From Lachnospiraceae bacterium (GTDB lineage: Bacteria; Bacillota; Clostridia; Lachnospirales; Lachnospiraceae): 58,371 bases of DNA. Below the pieces are notes generated by a model, which saw nothing but the letters and a program-made list of their open reading frames with translations, made no database searches and was not told where the DNA came from. The stretch spans positions 1 through 58,371 of the forward strand of contig JAFORL010000106.1 of assembly GCA_017393285.1 (NCBI GenBank), given 5' to 3'. Positions 8,306 through 17,439 of this stretch are shown piece after piece; position 1 is the stretch's first letter, and every line of letters begins with the position of its first letter. The translations under genes were made by a program, and so were the position numbers.

Positions 8306-9554
8306 CTTCTTCTCCCCTCTCTGCGCTTCCTGATATTCCAACTTCCTTCATACTTGTAACAACGTAGAATTGGAAAAACTTATTCACTCGATTCATACGT
8401 TGATTTCCCAGCTTAATGGTCTCTGTACCCGCATGATAAGTGGTGTAATGGATGTTTCCTTTCATCTTATCTAACTGTTGGGTACTGCTTTCTCTCACAC
8501 ACTCTTGTGGCGCACGTTTTGACCGCATAATTTGCTTTTGTTCTTTTCCTATGAACCAAGCCCATACACTGTGGATTTCTCCAAATACATAGCCACATAC
8601 GGTAGATAAGACCAATATAGCACAGGCAATCAAATTCCAAGCGATATCCTGTCCCAAAACCAAATGCACCAACATCTTCACAGTGGCACCTATCGTTAAA
8701 AGCAAAAGGATACATATAAATAACAATCGAAATCCTTTGTATCGGTCTTGTTTTTTGTAATTATCTAAGGCTTCCATCAAATCATATGCCGTCTGATAAC
8801 GATACTGGGGGTCTGTCATGACACATTTTTGAATAATTTCCTGCACCCCTCTGGAGAACTTCTTGTCCCAACGACGAATTGGGTAAATCTCATATGGGGG
8901 TTGATCTGGATGTTTGCCGGTAATCAAATGGTACATGGTAGCACCCACGCCATAAATATCTGTCCTCTCGTCAGATTGTCCTAACATGGAGCACTGTTCT
9001 GGCGCAGCATACCCACGTGACCCCAAATACTCTGTGTCACTGCTACTGTTTGATTTGTAGGTACGCGCAATACCAAAATCTATTAATTTTATCTGTCCTT
9101 CTGGTGTCAGCATAATATTAGAAGGCTTGATGTCCCGATAAATGATGGCATTCTCTCTGGTATGTAAATAATTCAAAACTTCACATACTGCTCGAATCCA
9201 CTTTACCACATCTTCTTCTTTCTGTCTGCCTTCTCGATCCAGCTTATCGCTTAAAGTCTCGCCTTCGATATAATCCATTACGATATATATCTTATCATCT
9301 TCTGTAAAGAAATCTACAATACGAGGTAATGCCGGATGCTTTGCCCCTTTTAATAGACTGATTTCTTTCTCTGTTGCAATCTTATATATCTTTGCATTAC
9401 CAGAATCTTTGGAAAGATCTATGACTTTAATTGCCCAATCCATGTTTAACTTTAGGTCTTTTGCCAAATAGACTTTTGACATTCCACCACGTCCGATTTC
9501 ATATTTCATAATGTAGCGGCCATGAATATCTGCGCCATTATTATATTCTGTCAT
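8295..9554 (-). CDS. Hanks-type Ser/Thr protein kinase with two C-terminal TM segments and no PASTA repeats (419 aa)
   Basis: GRGGMSKVYLAKD (G-loop), AIKVI (Lys), YRDIKPSNIML (catalytic loop), DFGIAR, GSRGYAAPEQ. TM segments LLFICILLLLTIGATV and LIACAILVLSTVCGYVF. RBS aggagg present. Confidence 0.9.
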   Translation of the reverse strand: MTEYNNGADIHGRYIMKYEIGRGGMSKVYLAKDLKLNMDWAIKVIDLSKDSGNAKIYKIATEKEISLLKGAKHPALPRIVDFFTEDDKIYIVMDYIEGETLSDKLDREGRQKEEDVVKWIRAVCEVLNYLHTRENAIIYRDIKPSNIMLTPEGQIKLIDFGIARTYKSNSSSDTEYLGSRGYAAPEQCSMLGQSDERTDIYGVGATMYHLITGKHPDQPPYEIYPIRRWDKKFSRGVQEIIQKCVMTDPQYRYQTAYDLMEALDNYKKQDRYKGFRLLFICILLLLTIGATVKMLVHLVLGQDIAWNLIACAILVLSTVCGYVFGEIHSVWAWFIGKEQKQIMRSKRAPQECVRESSTQQLDKMKGNIHYTTYHAGTETIKLGNQRMNRVNKFFQFYVVTSMKEVGISGSAERGEEDAW

Positions 9555-9606
9555 TAGAACTCTCCTCCTTTCTGGTCTCTTATTTCTTCATTCTTCTACA
9601 CATTTA

Positions 9607-10410
9607 CTATCGATCCTCATTTGTGACAGCAAGCACTGTAATATTATCCTCTTCTCCATCAATTTTTAATTGTTCGATAAGATCCTTCAGATAATCTTCT
9701 AACCCTTCCTGTCCAATCTCCCTATATAAACTTATCTTTTTTAAATCTGCCTCTTTTACAGTACGCCAAAAGCCATCGGTACACAATATATAAATAGCCT
9801 CCGAATCAAAATAATCTATGGTCATATCCGGTTTTATGTGCTTAGATGCCCCTACACATTGTAAAAGCAGATTATCCATACCATGCTCTCTCGCTTCGGC
9901 TCTGGTAACATTGCCACGCTCAATTTCTCGCTCTGCAAGGGTCTGATCTGTCGTCAATCGTTCTATGCAGTCTGAAATCTTATATGCTCGACTATCTCCA
10001 ACATGCATAACCATACTACAAAATTCTTCAAAAAGTAAAATACCGGTAAAGGTACTACCAATGGCTACACCATTGGCTTCTCCATAGTTGTGTATGCTTT
10101 GGTGCACATTCTCCAATTTTTCCTTCCAATCCGCCTTTACAGCCCGGATAATATCTTTCCACAAACGTTCTTCTTTGTCTACAATATGCTCTTCTAACAA
10201 AACAGGAAGTCTTCGATCAAACCATGTACAGAATTCTTCTATAATAGCAGTACTTGCAAGTTCTCCTTGCCTCATGCCATTTACGCCATCGCATACAATG
10301 GCCATGGTAATCATGCCAATGGAGGTCTTTGCTCTCTTGATACAGGCACTGTCTTGATTCTTCAATTCTTTGGTACCCATATCTGTACAAATAATACTAA
10401 TACTTTTCAC
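9607..10410 (-). CDS. PP2C-family Ser/Thr protein phosphatase (267 aa, GTG start)
   Basis: Motifs NQDSACI, VCDGVNGMRQGELAS, HVGDSRAY, LCTDGFW, DNITVLAV. Immediately upstream of the kinase. Confidence 0.85.
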   Translation of the reverse strand: MKSISIICTDMGTKELKNQDSACIKRAKTSIGMITMAIVCDGVNGMRQGELASTAIIEEFCTWFDRRLPVLLEEHIVDKEERLWKDIIRAVKADWKEKLENVHQSIHNYGEANGVAIGSTFTGILLFEEFCSMVMHVGDSRAYKISDCIERLTTDQTLAEREIERGNVTRAEAREHGMDNLLLQCVGASKHIKPDMTIDYFDSEAIYILCTDGFWRTVKEADLKKISLYREIGQEGLEDYLKDLIEQLKIDGEEDNITVLAVTNEDR

Positions 10411-10523
10411 TGTATTCCCTCGCCTTCCTGACTAGATTCACTTTCATACACAATAATGACTACACCATAGACACACAACTTGTGCCTACCTGTTTGCACT
10501 TTTATGCAGACTTCTTCAAACCT

Positions 10524-10552
10524 ATCATAGCATATTGCGTGATTTTATTCAA
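10524..10552 (-). promoter_or_regulatory. Candidate promoter of the phosphatase-kinase cassette
   Basis: Minus strand reads TTGAAT (10552-10547), 17 nt, TATGAT (10529-10524). Confidence 0.35.
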
Positions 10553-10682
10553 GTTACATGGTAGATTTTTCAAAAATCTATCAAATTACGCATCCAATTC
10601 CAAGCAGGTTGACCCCTTTTCAGACCTTTGATTTACTCTAAGATTCTTTGTGTAATTCAAAAAACATGCAGCTTTTTCATAA

Positions 10683-10955
10683 CTCTTTGCTATCAAATCA
10701 TGCAGTACTTTCTTGCCCCTTTGCTATAACCCCATGCAACACTTTCTTGCCCCTTTGCTATCAAATCATGCAACACTTTCTTGCCCCTTTGCTATCAAAC
10801 CATACAGCACTTTCTTGCCCCTTTGCTATCAAATCGTGCAGCACTTTCTTGCCCTTTGCTATCAAACCATGCAACACTTTCTTGCCCCTTTGCTATCAAA
10901 TCATGCAACACTTTCTTGACTCTTTGCTATCAAACCATACAGCACTTTCTTGCCC
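10683..10955. repeat. Tandem array of 8 units of 34 bp (plus a degenerate half unit at 10665-10682)
   Basis: Unit cctttgctatcaaatcatgcaacactttcttgcc. Units 3-8 alternate between ...caaatc(a/g)tgca(a/g)cac... and ...caaaccat(a/g)ca(g/a)cac..., giving a 68-bp higher-order period. No unique spacers between units. Confidence 0.95.
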
Positions 10956-10988
10956 CTTGTTATAAAGCCGTAACATCATTATGGCATC

Positions 10989-11027
10989 AAAAAAGAGGCT
11001 ACACACTTTGTTAGCGGGATAGCCTCT
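10989..11027 (-). terminator. Intrinsic terminator downstream of the 695-aa L,D-transpeptidase gene
   Basis: Minus strand: agaggctatcccgctaacaaagtgtgtagcctct followed by ttttt. Confidence 0.55.
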
Positions 11028-11161
11028 TTCCATCTCTTTCGTTTTATGTACCAGGGCACTGTCTGCCCTTCTGCCTCACCGTAGCTGTGAGGCTAAATCT
11101 TATACTGTTAGCCTGTGGATTCGGTTATTTCTTTATCTCAGCCTAGCTATAAGGGAAAGAC

Positions 11162-13249
11162 TTAGTTATAACCTACTTTCTTTCCTGCCTTTGTACGATA
11201 TCCACTAATTAAACCTGCTTTATAATCCGCAATCTTCTTAGAATCTGGTACTTCCGGATCCGTTGGGTCATAATGAATGCTTGCTGACACACGTATGGTA
11301 CCAGCCTTTCCCAATGGACTTGGCTTGCTACTATTTCCTTTTACAATGGAAACTTTTGTACCAGTAGACACGTAATCATAAATCCATTTTGCATCAGCTA
11401 CCATCATACGAATACAACCTGCTGATGCCGGTCCGCCCAAACGGTTAAACTGGGTAGGACTTAGGGCATAGTGAGAATTGCTTCCTACCGCAATAGAGTG
11501 AAAATATACGTTTCCAACAATATGCGTAGCCCATCTGGCATATACCGTACTACCATCTGGTTCATACATTGGTTTCATCGTATACTTTACGCTGGTTCCG
11601 TTGCTGGATACTGCATAATCACCCAATGGTGTAAAGGAAGTATCTACGGTCAAACTAGAAGCAGTTCCTTGGGTTGCTGTGTCTCTACCCACAGATACGG
11701 CAAAAGTTCTCACTGGAATGATATATGCATTCTTTTCAGAATCATAGGCATATACGGTTACACGAGAAGCTGCGCGGTTGACCTCAATATAAAAGTTATT
11801 GGTATGAGAAGCGGAACTTTGCTGTAATCCTAAGATTTTTGTCAGGTCAGTTACCTTCTCATTATTCTTATAATAAAACTTGTAGGTAGTGCCATTATAC
11901 TTCTCATATACCCAGCCATTTTTAGCTGCTTCTGATTTTTTTACAGTAAATTGTTTGCTCTTTGCTAAAATTGTCTGCTTGCTGGTAAGTAAAACATAGG
12001 CTTCTACTTTATATTTTCCTGTTGCCGAATTGACATAACCTGCTTTATATACACCAGAACCACTCTTGGTAGCAGGCACTTTTTTCTTTTTGACAAAAGA
12101 GTCATCTTCTTTTTGATAGACAATAAAGTATACCTGCTTGATGGTTCCTGGCACCTTCAAGCCTTTTAAACGAAAAGAAGAGGTTCTTGTATTTTTATTT
12201 TTTGTGATGACCAATTCCTTGGCTTCCATAGAAAGATTGATTTTTATCGTTTTTTCATATACAGAAGTGTAGCCTGCCTGATCTTCAATGTAAGCCTTGG
12301 CAGTAAATACTCCCAAGGTATTATTCAAAGATTTAAGACTGATTTCTGCTTCATAAAGACTTTTATTTGCTTTTGCCTTCTGGGTGTAAATGACTTTATT
12401 GTTGCTGTCATAGATATGAAAAACTACATTTTTTACTTCTACCGGGTTACGCAAGTCTTTGATTGCTATGTAAAATGCGCCTTTTTTATCCAAGGCCTTA
12501 GTACGTTTTGCGTAAAATTTGGAAGCAGTTGCTTCTGCTGAAAAGGTAACAGCGCCCATAGAAGCTACTTTTGTACCTTGCTGCAACATTACTTTTGCCT
12601 GGTAGGTTCCATTTCCCTTGAGAACCTCTGCCATGTTCATGTCATAAGAAAATGTATTTGCGGTCAAAGGTACTTCTGCAACCTTCTTTGCGTCTGCTTC
12701 CTTTGTACCATTTTTCCAAACATAAACGCCTGCAACTGCATTGGTTCCCGGTACAATATTCTGTTCTCCACTGGTAGCTGTCCAAGTCAATCTACGGGAG
12801 CAATCGTATTTTTCCCCCTCCACCTTTACTTGATAATCGCTACTATGTAAACTAAAATCACAAGTTTGATTTCCGGTAACCGTCACACCATCTATGATAC
12901 AATATACGGTGTAATTTTCGTAACCTGTGGCATTGAGCTGGTCTTGGGTAAAACTTCCGTTATAAGTACCATTTACGCAATTTTCACTGTTTAAACTAAT
13001 GTTTTGGTCTAACACATTGACGGTCTGTCCTTGTGCATTTTTGTAGGTAACCAATACTTCCATATTGGTGCTGGTTGCATCAATGCCTGCAATGGTGTAA
13101 TTACAGGTGCTACTTTCACGATTGGTAGTCACTGTCAACTGATAATCCCCTGCTGTTTTGGCATATGCAATTTGTCCTTTCATGACAAGTGTCAAACTCA
13201 AAACCATACAAAATACTAACATGCCAACATAACATTTTAATTTCTTCAT
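11162..13249 (-). CDS. Secreted L,D-transpeptidase (C-terminal YkuD domain) with a long N-terminal beta-rich/Ig-like repeat region (695 aa)
   Basis: Start moved to MKKLKCYVGMLVFCMVLSLTLVMKGQIAYA (signal peptide). YkuD catalytic region HSIAVGSNSHYALSPTQFNRLGGPASAGCIRM. Confidence 0.8.
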   Translation of the reverse strand: MKKLKCYVGMLVFCMVLSLTLVMKGQIAYAKTAGDYQLTVTTNRESSTCNYTIAGIDATSTNMEVLVTYKNAQGQTVNVLDQNISLNSENCVNGTYNGSFTQDQLNATGYENYTVYCIIDGVTVTGNQTCDFSLHSSDYQVKVEGEKYDCSRRLTWTATSGEQNIVPGTNAVAGVYVWKNGTKEADAKKVAEVPLTANTFSYDMNMAEVLKGNGTYQAKVMLQQGTKVASMGAVTFSAEATASKFYAKRTKALDKKGAFYIAIKDLRNPVEVKNVVFHIYDSNNKVIYTQKAKANKSLYEAEISLKSLNNTLGVFTAKAYIEDQAGYTSVYEKTIKINLSMEAKELVITKNKNTRTSSFRLKGLKVPGTIKQVYFIVYQKEDDSFVKKKKVPATKSGSGVYKAGYVNSATGKYKVEAYVLLTSKQTILAKSKQFTVKKSEAAKNGWVYEKYNGTTYKFYYKNNEKVTDLTKILGLQQSSASHTNNFYIEVNRAASRVTVYAYDSEKNAYIIPVRTFAVSVGRDTATQGTASSLTVDTSFTPLGDYAVSSNGTSVKYTMKPMYEPDGSTVYARWATHIVGNVYFHSIAVGSNSHYALSPTQFNRLGGPASAGCIRMMVADAKWIYDYVSTGTKVSIVKGNSSKPSPLGKAGTIRVSASIHYDPTDPEVPDSKKIADYKAGLISGYRTKAGKKVGYN

Positions 13250-13377
13250 TTCTAACCTTCTTTCCTTTCTTTTTATGTTTATGAAACAGTGTGAACTGCC
13301 CATACTCTAAAACCAACAAGCTTCCCGCTGATCCGAACTTACAAGTTATTCACTCCTAATAAACGGACAGACTCGCC

Positions 13378-13406
13378 AAAAAGGATACGCTCAGCGGTAT
13401 CCTTTC
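13378..13406 (-). terminator. Intrinsic terminator of the 501-aa L,D-transpeptidase transcript, located after the 70-bp array
   Basis: Minus strand: aaaggataccgctgagcgtatcc followed by ttttt. Confidence 0.5.
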
Positions 13407-13433
13407 TGTATCTCTTTCTATTGAAATAGTTGT

Positions 13434-13770
13434 TTATGCTTCATAAATGAAGACTGAATTTCTATATGGCAGACCTGTAAATTATATTGAAGATATCTAT
13501 ATTTATCCTTCATAAATGAAGACAGGATCTCTATATGGCAGACCCGTAAATTGTATTGCAGATATCTAAATTTATCCTTCATAAATGAAGACTGAATCTC
13601 TATATGGCATACCTGTAAATTGTATTGCAGATATCCTATATTTATCCTTCATAAATGAAGACTGAATCTCTATATGGCAGACTCGTAAATTGTATTGCAG
13701 ATATCCTATATTTATCCTTCATAAATGAAGACAGGATCTCTATATCCCACTAAATTGTAGATGGCTTTTG
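13434..13770. repeat. Tandem array of 5 units of 69-70 bp. The last unit is the true 3' end of the L,D-transpeptidase CDS.
   Basis: Units begin ttat(c/g)cttcataaatgaagac at 13434, 13503, 13572, 13642 and 13712 (the real stop codon). Similarity extends about 55 nt into the CDS. Confidence 0.9.
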
Positions 13771-15217
13771 CATCTTCCAATTGTAAATTCACACAACCAT
13801 GGGAACCTCTAGATAAATAAATCTGTGGTGTCCACCTGCTCCAATCACTTCTTCCCAAATAGTGATAGCCGGTACCTGTCCACATAATTCTTACCCAATA
13901 CTTTGTAGGAGTCTCATAATCTGCTCCTGTAAGTACGTAATCTTCTTTCTTCTCTTTTATAAAATAGCATCCCAATTTGGTCCTTCTCTCTGGATCCGAA
14001 TACAAACCTGTGACACAAATAGAAGAATAGGCTAACTTGCCGTCTTTGTATACATAAACCATCTGATTCTTGATATCTACTTCACTATAATTTTGGGTAT
14101 TCCAGTCCTTCATAGGATTATCCGGGTTCCACACATAGCCTTTATTGGAAAAATTTATCTTCACTTCCTGGGTCAAAGCCTTCTGGTTTTCTTCGGATGG
14201 ATCTGCCAAATAAGCCTCTATTGCTGTTAAATCCTTCTTCTTTTGGATTCTCTTTAATGCTTGTTGCACTGTATTATCATAGTTAATTCTCCAACCATAA
14301 TCACCGCCTGCTACCTTGATTTTTCGCTTATCATGGGTGGTAAAGGTTCGTGTCTTTCCTTGGGTCTTATATTCCAAACAACGCTCCTCTATCCATTGTT
14401 TCAATGCGGTTTGGTCTAGTTTTACCTTTCCTTTCTTGGTTGGATGCAACCAATCCTTTATTTCTTCCGGAGTTAAGGAAAATGTAATGCCTTCCTCACT
14501 TGTCCATGTAATCCAGGTTAACACATATTGGTTAAACTGCTCCAACTGGGTTTGCAAGACATCATCTGTGCTGTAAAATTTAGGTTTTTTGTATACTTGA
14601 TCTGCATAGGTCTTTTCTGACAAATCAATCTTTTGCATCGCGTGTTCAATGGCGTCTGCGATGACCGCCACAGTAGGTTCTAATAACAGCTGATTTCCCA
14701 ATTCTTCCGGCACAATCTCCCCTGCCTTCTTGGTATCATTATAGGTTACGTATGCATTCTTGGGTTTATGGATTGCATAAGATGAATCTCCAACGATGAT
14801 AGATGCGTTCTTTAGAATTGCAATTAATTTTTCTTTAGAAAATGCAACCGGAAATTCTTGCTCATATGTATGGGGTACCATTTTGCTAAATACATTCTTC
14901 TTTTTGTCAATGGCTATAATCTGATCTAAGGCATTTCCGTATGCGATATTGACCTCTATATCCTCTCTGGTCAACTGCAATTTGCCACCATCACGTCCTG
15001 TAATCTCCAATTGATAATCAGAAGTATATTGTGCCATCATTTTTCGGGTCTCTGCATATGTCATCTTTGATACATCTATTTGATTCAAAGTAGTATGTAA
15101 TCCCCATCGATTATGAAAATAAATACCTGTCGCCGCAATCAAAATCACAATCACAGTGACCAAACAAGTTACTCCAATCATTATTCCTTTTTTAACTTTG
15201 CTATCCAAAAATGACAT
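13712..15217 (-). CDS. Membrane-anchored L,D-transpeptidase (YkuD domain) with an N-terminal TM segment and a large extracellular region (501 aa)
   Basis: TM segment GIMIGVTCLVTVIVILIAATGIYF. C-terminal catalytic motif GYHYLGRSDWSRWTPQIYLSRGSHGCVNLQLEDAKAIY. Confidence 0.85.
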   Translation of the reverse strand: MSFLDSKVKKGIMIGVTCLVTVIVILIAATGIYFHNRWGLHTTLNQIDVSKMTYAETRKMMAQYTSDYQLEITGRDGGKLQLTREDIEVNIAYGNALDQIIAIDKKKNVFSKMVPHTYEQEFPVAFSKEKLIAILKNASIIVGDSSYAIHKPKNAYVTYNDTKKAGEIVPEELGNQLLLEPTVAVIADAIEHAMQKIDLSEKTYADQVYKKPKFYSTDDVLQTQLEQFNQYVLTWITWTSEEGITFSLTPEEIKDWLHPTKKGKVKLDQTALKQWIEERCLEYKTQGKTRTFTTHDKRKIKVAGGDYGWRINYDNTVQQALKRIQKKKDLTAIEAYLADPSEENQKALTQEVKINFSNKGYVWNPDNPMKDWNTQNYSEVDIKNQMVYVYKDGKLAYSSICVTGLYSDPERRTKLGCYFIKEKKEDYVLTGADYETPTKYWVRIMWTGTGYHYLGRSDWSRWTPQIYLSRGSHGCVNLQLEDAKAIYNLVGYRDPVFIYEG

Positions 15218-15490
15218 GTCTTTTCCTTCTTCCGAATCTATTTCTATCCATTGAATCTATCACATCTACAGCCACTTGTCAATTGTCCAAAAGGGCATTT
15301 ATATAATTTCGTATATTTCCCCTATAAAATCCCCATTTACATACGAAAAATTGCACAGTTTTCAGTTTAAGCAAAGACCGATAGGTCAAAGCGAGAACTA
15401 GAAAACTGGCATGCAAGGCTTTCCCGAGAGAACAAGCGATAGCGCAGTTCGATTGGCTGAAAGCTACTGCGGCACAGTTTTCAGTTTGAG

Positions 15491-15629
15491 CAAAGAGTTT
15501 TGCTTGCAAAACTCTAGCGCGACCGCGGTATTGCACAGCAATTAACTCCATCTCCGCGGTCTGCGCATCCTCGCGGAGCGTTTTTGATGTAATAGGAAAT
15601 TGCATCGCAATTTCCTATTACATCAAAAA
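15491..15629 (+). repeat. Dispersed structured element, copy 2 (core plus a 23-bp-arm perfect palindrome)
   Basis: Core at 15491-15585, identical to copy 1 except G to A in tattgcAcagcaat. It is followed by tttttgatgtaataggaaattgc atc gcaatttcctattacatcaaaaa (15581-15629). Confidence 0.85.
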
Positions 15630-15657
15630 AAGACCGCCACATCTCTGTAGGCAGTCT
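15625..15657 (-). terminator. Intrinsic terminator of ilvC
   Basis: Minus strand: agactgcc tacagagatgt ggcggtct (8-bp stem with one G-U pair) followed by ttttttt. Confidence 0.5.
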
Positions 15658-15679
15658 CTTTTGTATTTCTAATCTATGA

Positions 15680-16759
<1,080 letters not shown>

Positions 16760-16819
16760 TTAAACGCAGGAAAATAGATTATTCTCCTAACATTTAGTAC
16801 ATATAAAATAGTTCTTGTC

Positions 16820-17299
16820 CTATTGTCCACGAATCAAACCTGTTACACCTGTGCGAACCAATTTTTGAATGGTAAATCCATCTAACAATCGGATAAATGC
16901 ATCCACCTTTCCCTGATTACCGGTTAATTCTATCATCATCGTCTCTGGTGCAACATCTACGATATTTGCGCGGAATATATCGGCAACTGCAATGACTTCC
17001 TGTCTTCTGGTAGCACCTGCCTCGACTACAATCAATGCTAACTCTCTACATACAGAGTTGCCATCTGTTAATTCTGTAATTTCTCTTACGTCTTCTAACT
17101 TTGCCAGTTGTTTTTCAATCTGTTCCAGTGTAAGTTCTTCGCCGGTAACAGCCACTGTCATTCTTGAAAATAAGGGATTCTCTGTCTCTGCGACAGAAAC
17201 ACTGTCTATGTTATATCCTCTACGACTAAACAACCCAGAAATACGACTTAAGACTCCTGCTGTGTTATCTACTAATAAAGATAAAACCATCCTTCTCAT
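16820..17299 (-). CDS. ilvN: Acetolactate synthase small (regulatory) subunit
   Basis: Start moved to MRRMVLSLLVDNTAGVLSRISGLFSRRGYNIDS (ACT domain), 159 aa. The track ORF carries a 33-codon upstream extension that overlaps the predicted promoter and leader. Confidence 0.85.
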   Translation of the reverse strand: MRRMVLSLLVDNTAGVLSRISGLFSRRGYNIDSVSVAETENPLFSRMTVAVTGEELTLEQIEKQLAKLEDVREITELTDGNSVCRELALIVVEAGATRRQEVIAVADIFRANIVDVAPETMMIELTGNQGKVDAFIRLLDGFTIQKLVRTGVTGLIRGQ

Positions 17300-17403
17300 A
17301 ACATCAGTCCTTTCTGTTGGAAATCTTACGGCTGTATATTGGCTACGAGGAGCAATCCATTGGTAACCCCTAATCTTCTGTGCTAATATATTCGCCACAA
17401 ATC

Positions 17404-17432
17404 ATTGTACCAAGTATCATTTTCTTTGTCAA
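17404..17432 (-). promoter_or_regulatory. Near-consensus sigma-A promoter of ilvN-ilvC
   Basis: Minus strand reads TTGACA (17432-17427), 17 nt, TACAAT (17409-17404). Confidence 0.55.
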
Positions 17433-17439
17433 TGGATTG

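Noticed and set aside
10683-10955. Possible CRISPR array (regular 34-bp repeats)
   Set aside because: The units are directly adjacent with no unique spacers, no cas genes are nearby, and there is no leader. It is a plain tandem repeat.
15279-15605. 108-aa minus-strand ORF sharing TLREDAQTAEMELIA(V/A)QYRGRARVLQAKLF with the 85-aa ORF at 57656-57913
   Set aside because: The shared peptide is the translation of the dispersed 95-nt element. The flanking parts of the two ORFs are unrelated, and copy 1 at 7575-7672 has no track ORF over it. No RBS is present, and the nucleotide-level identity is better explained by an RNA or DNA element.
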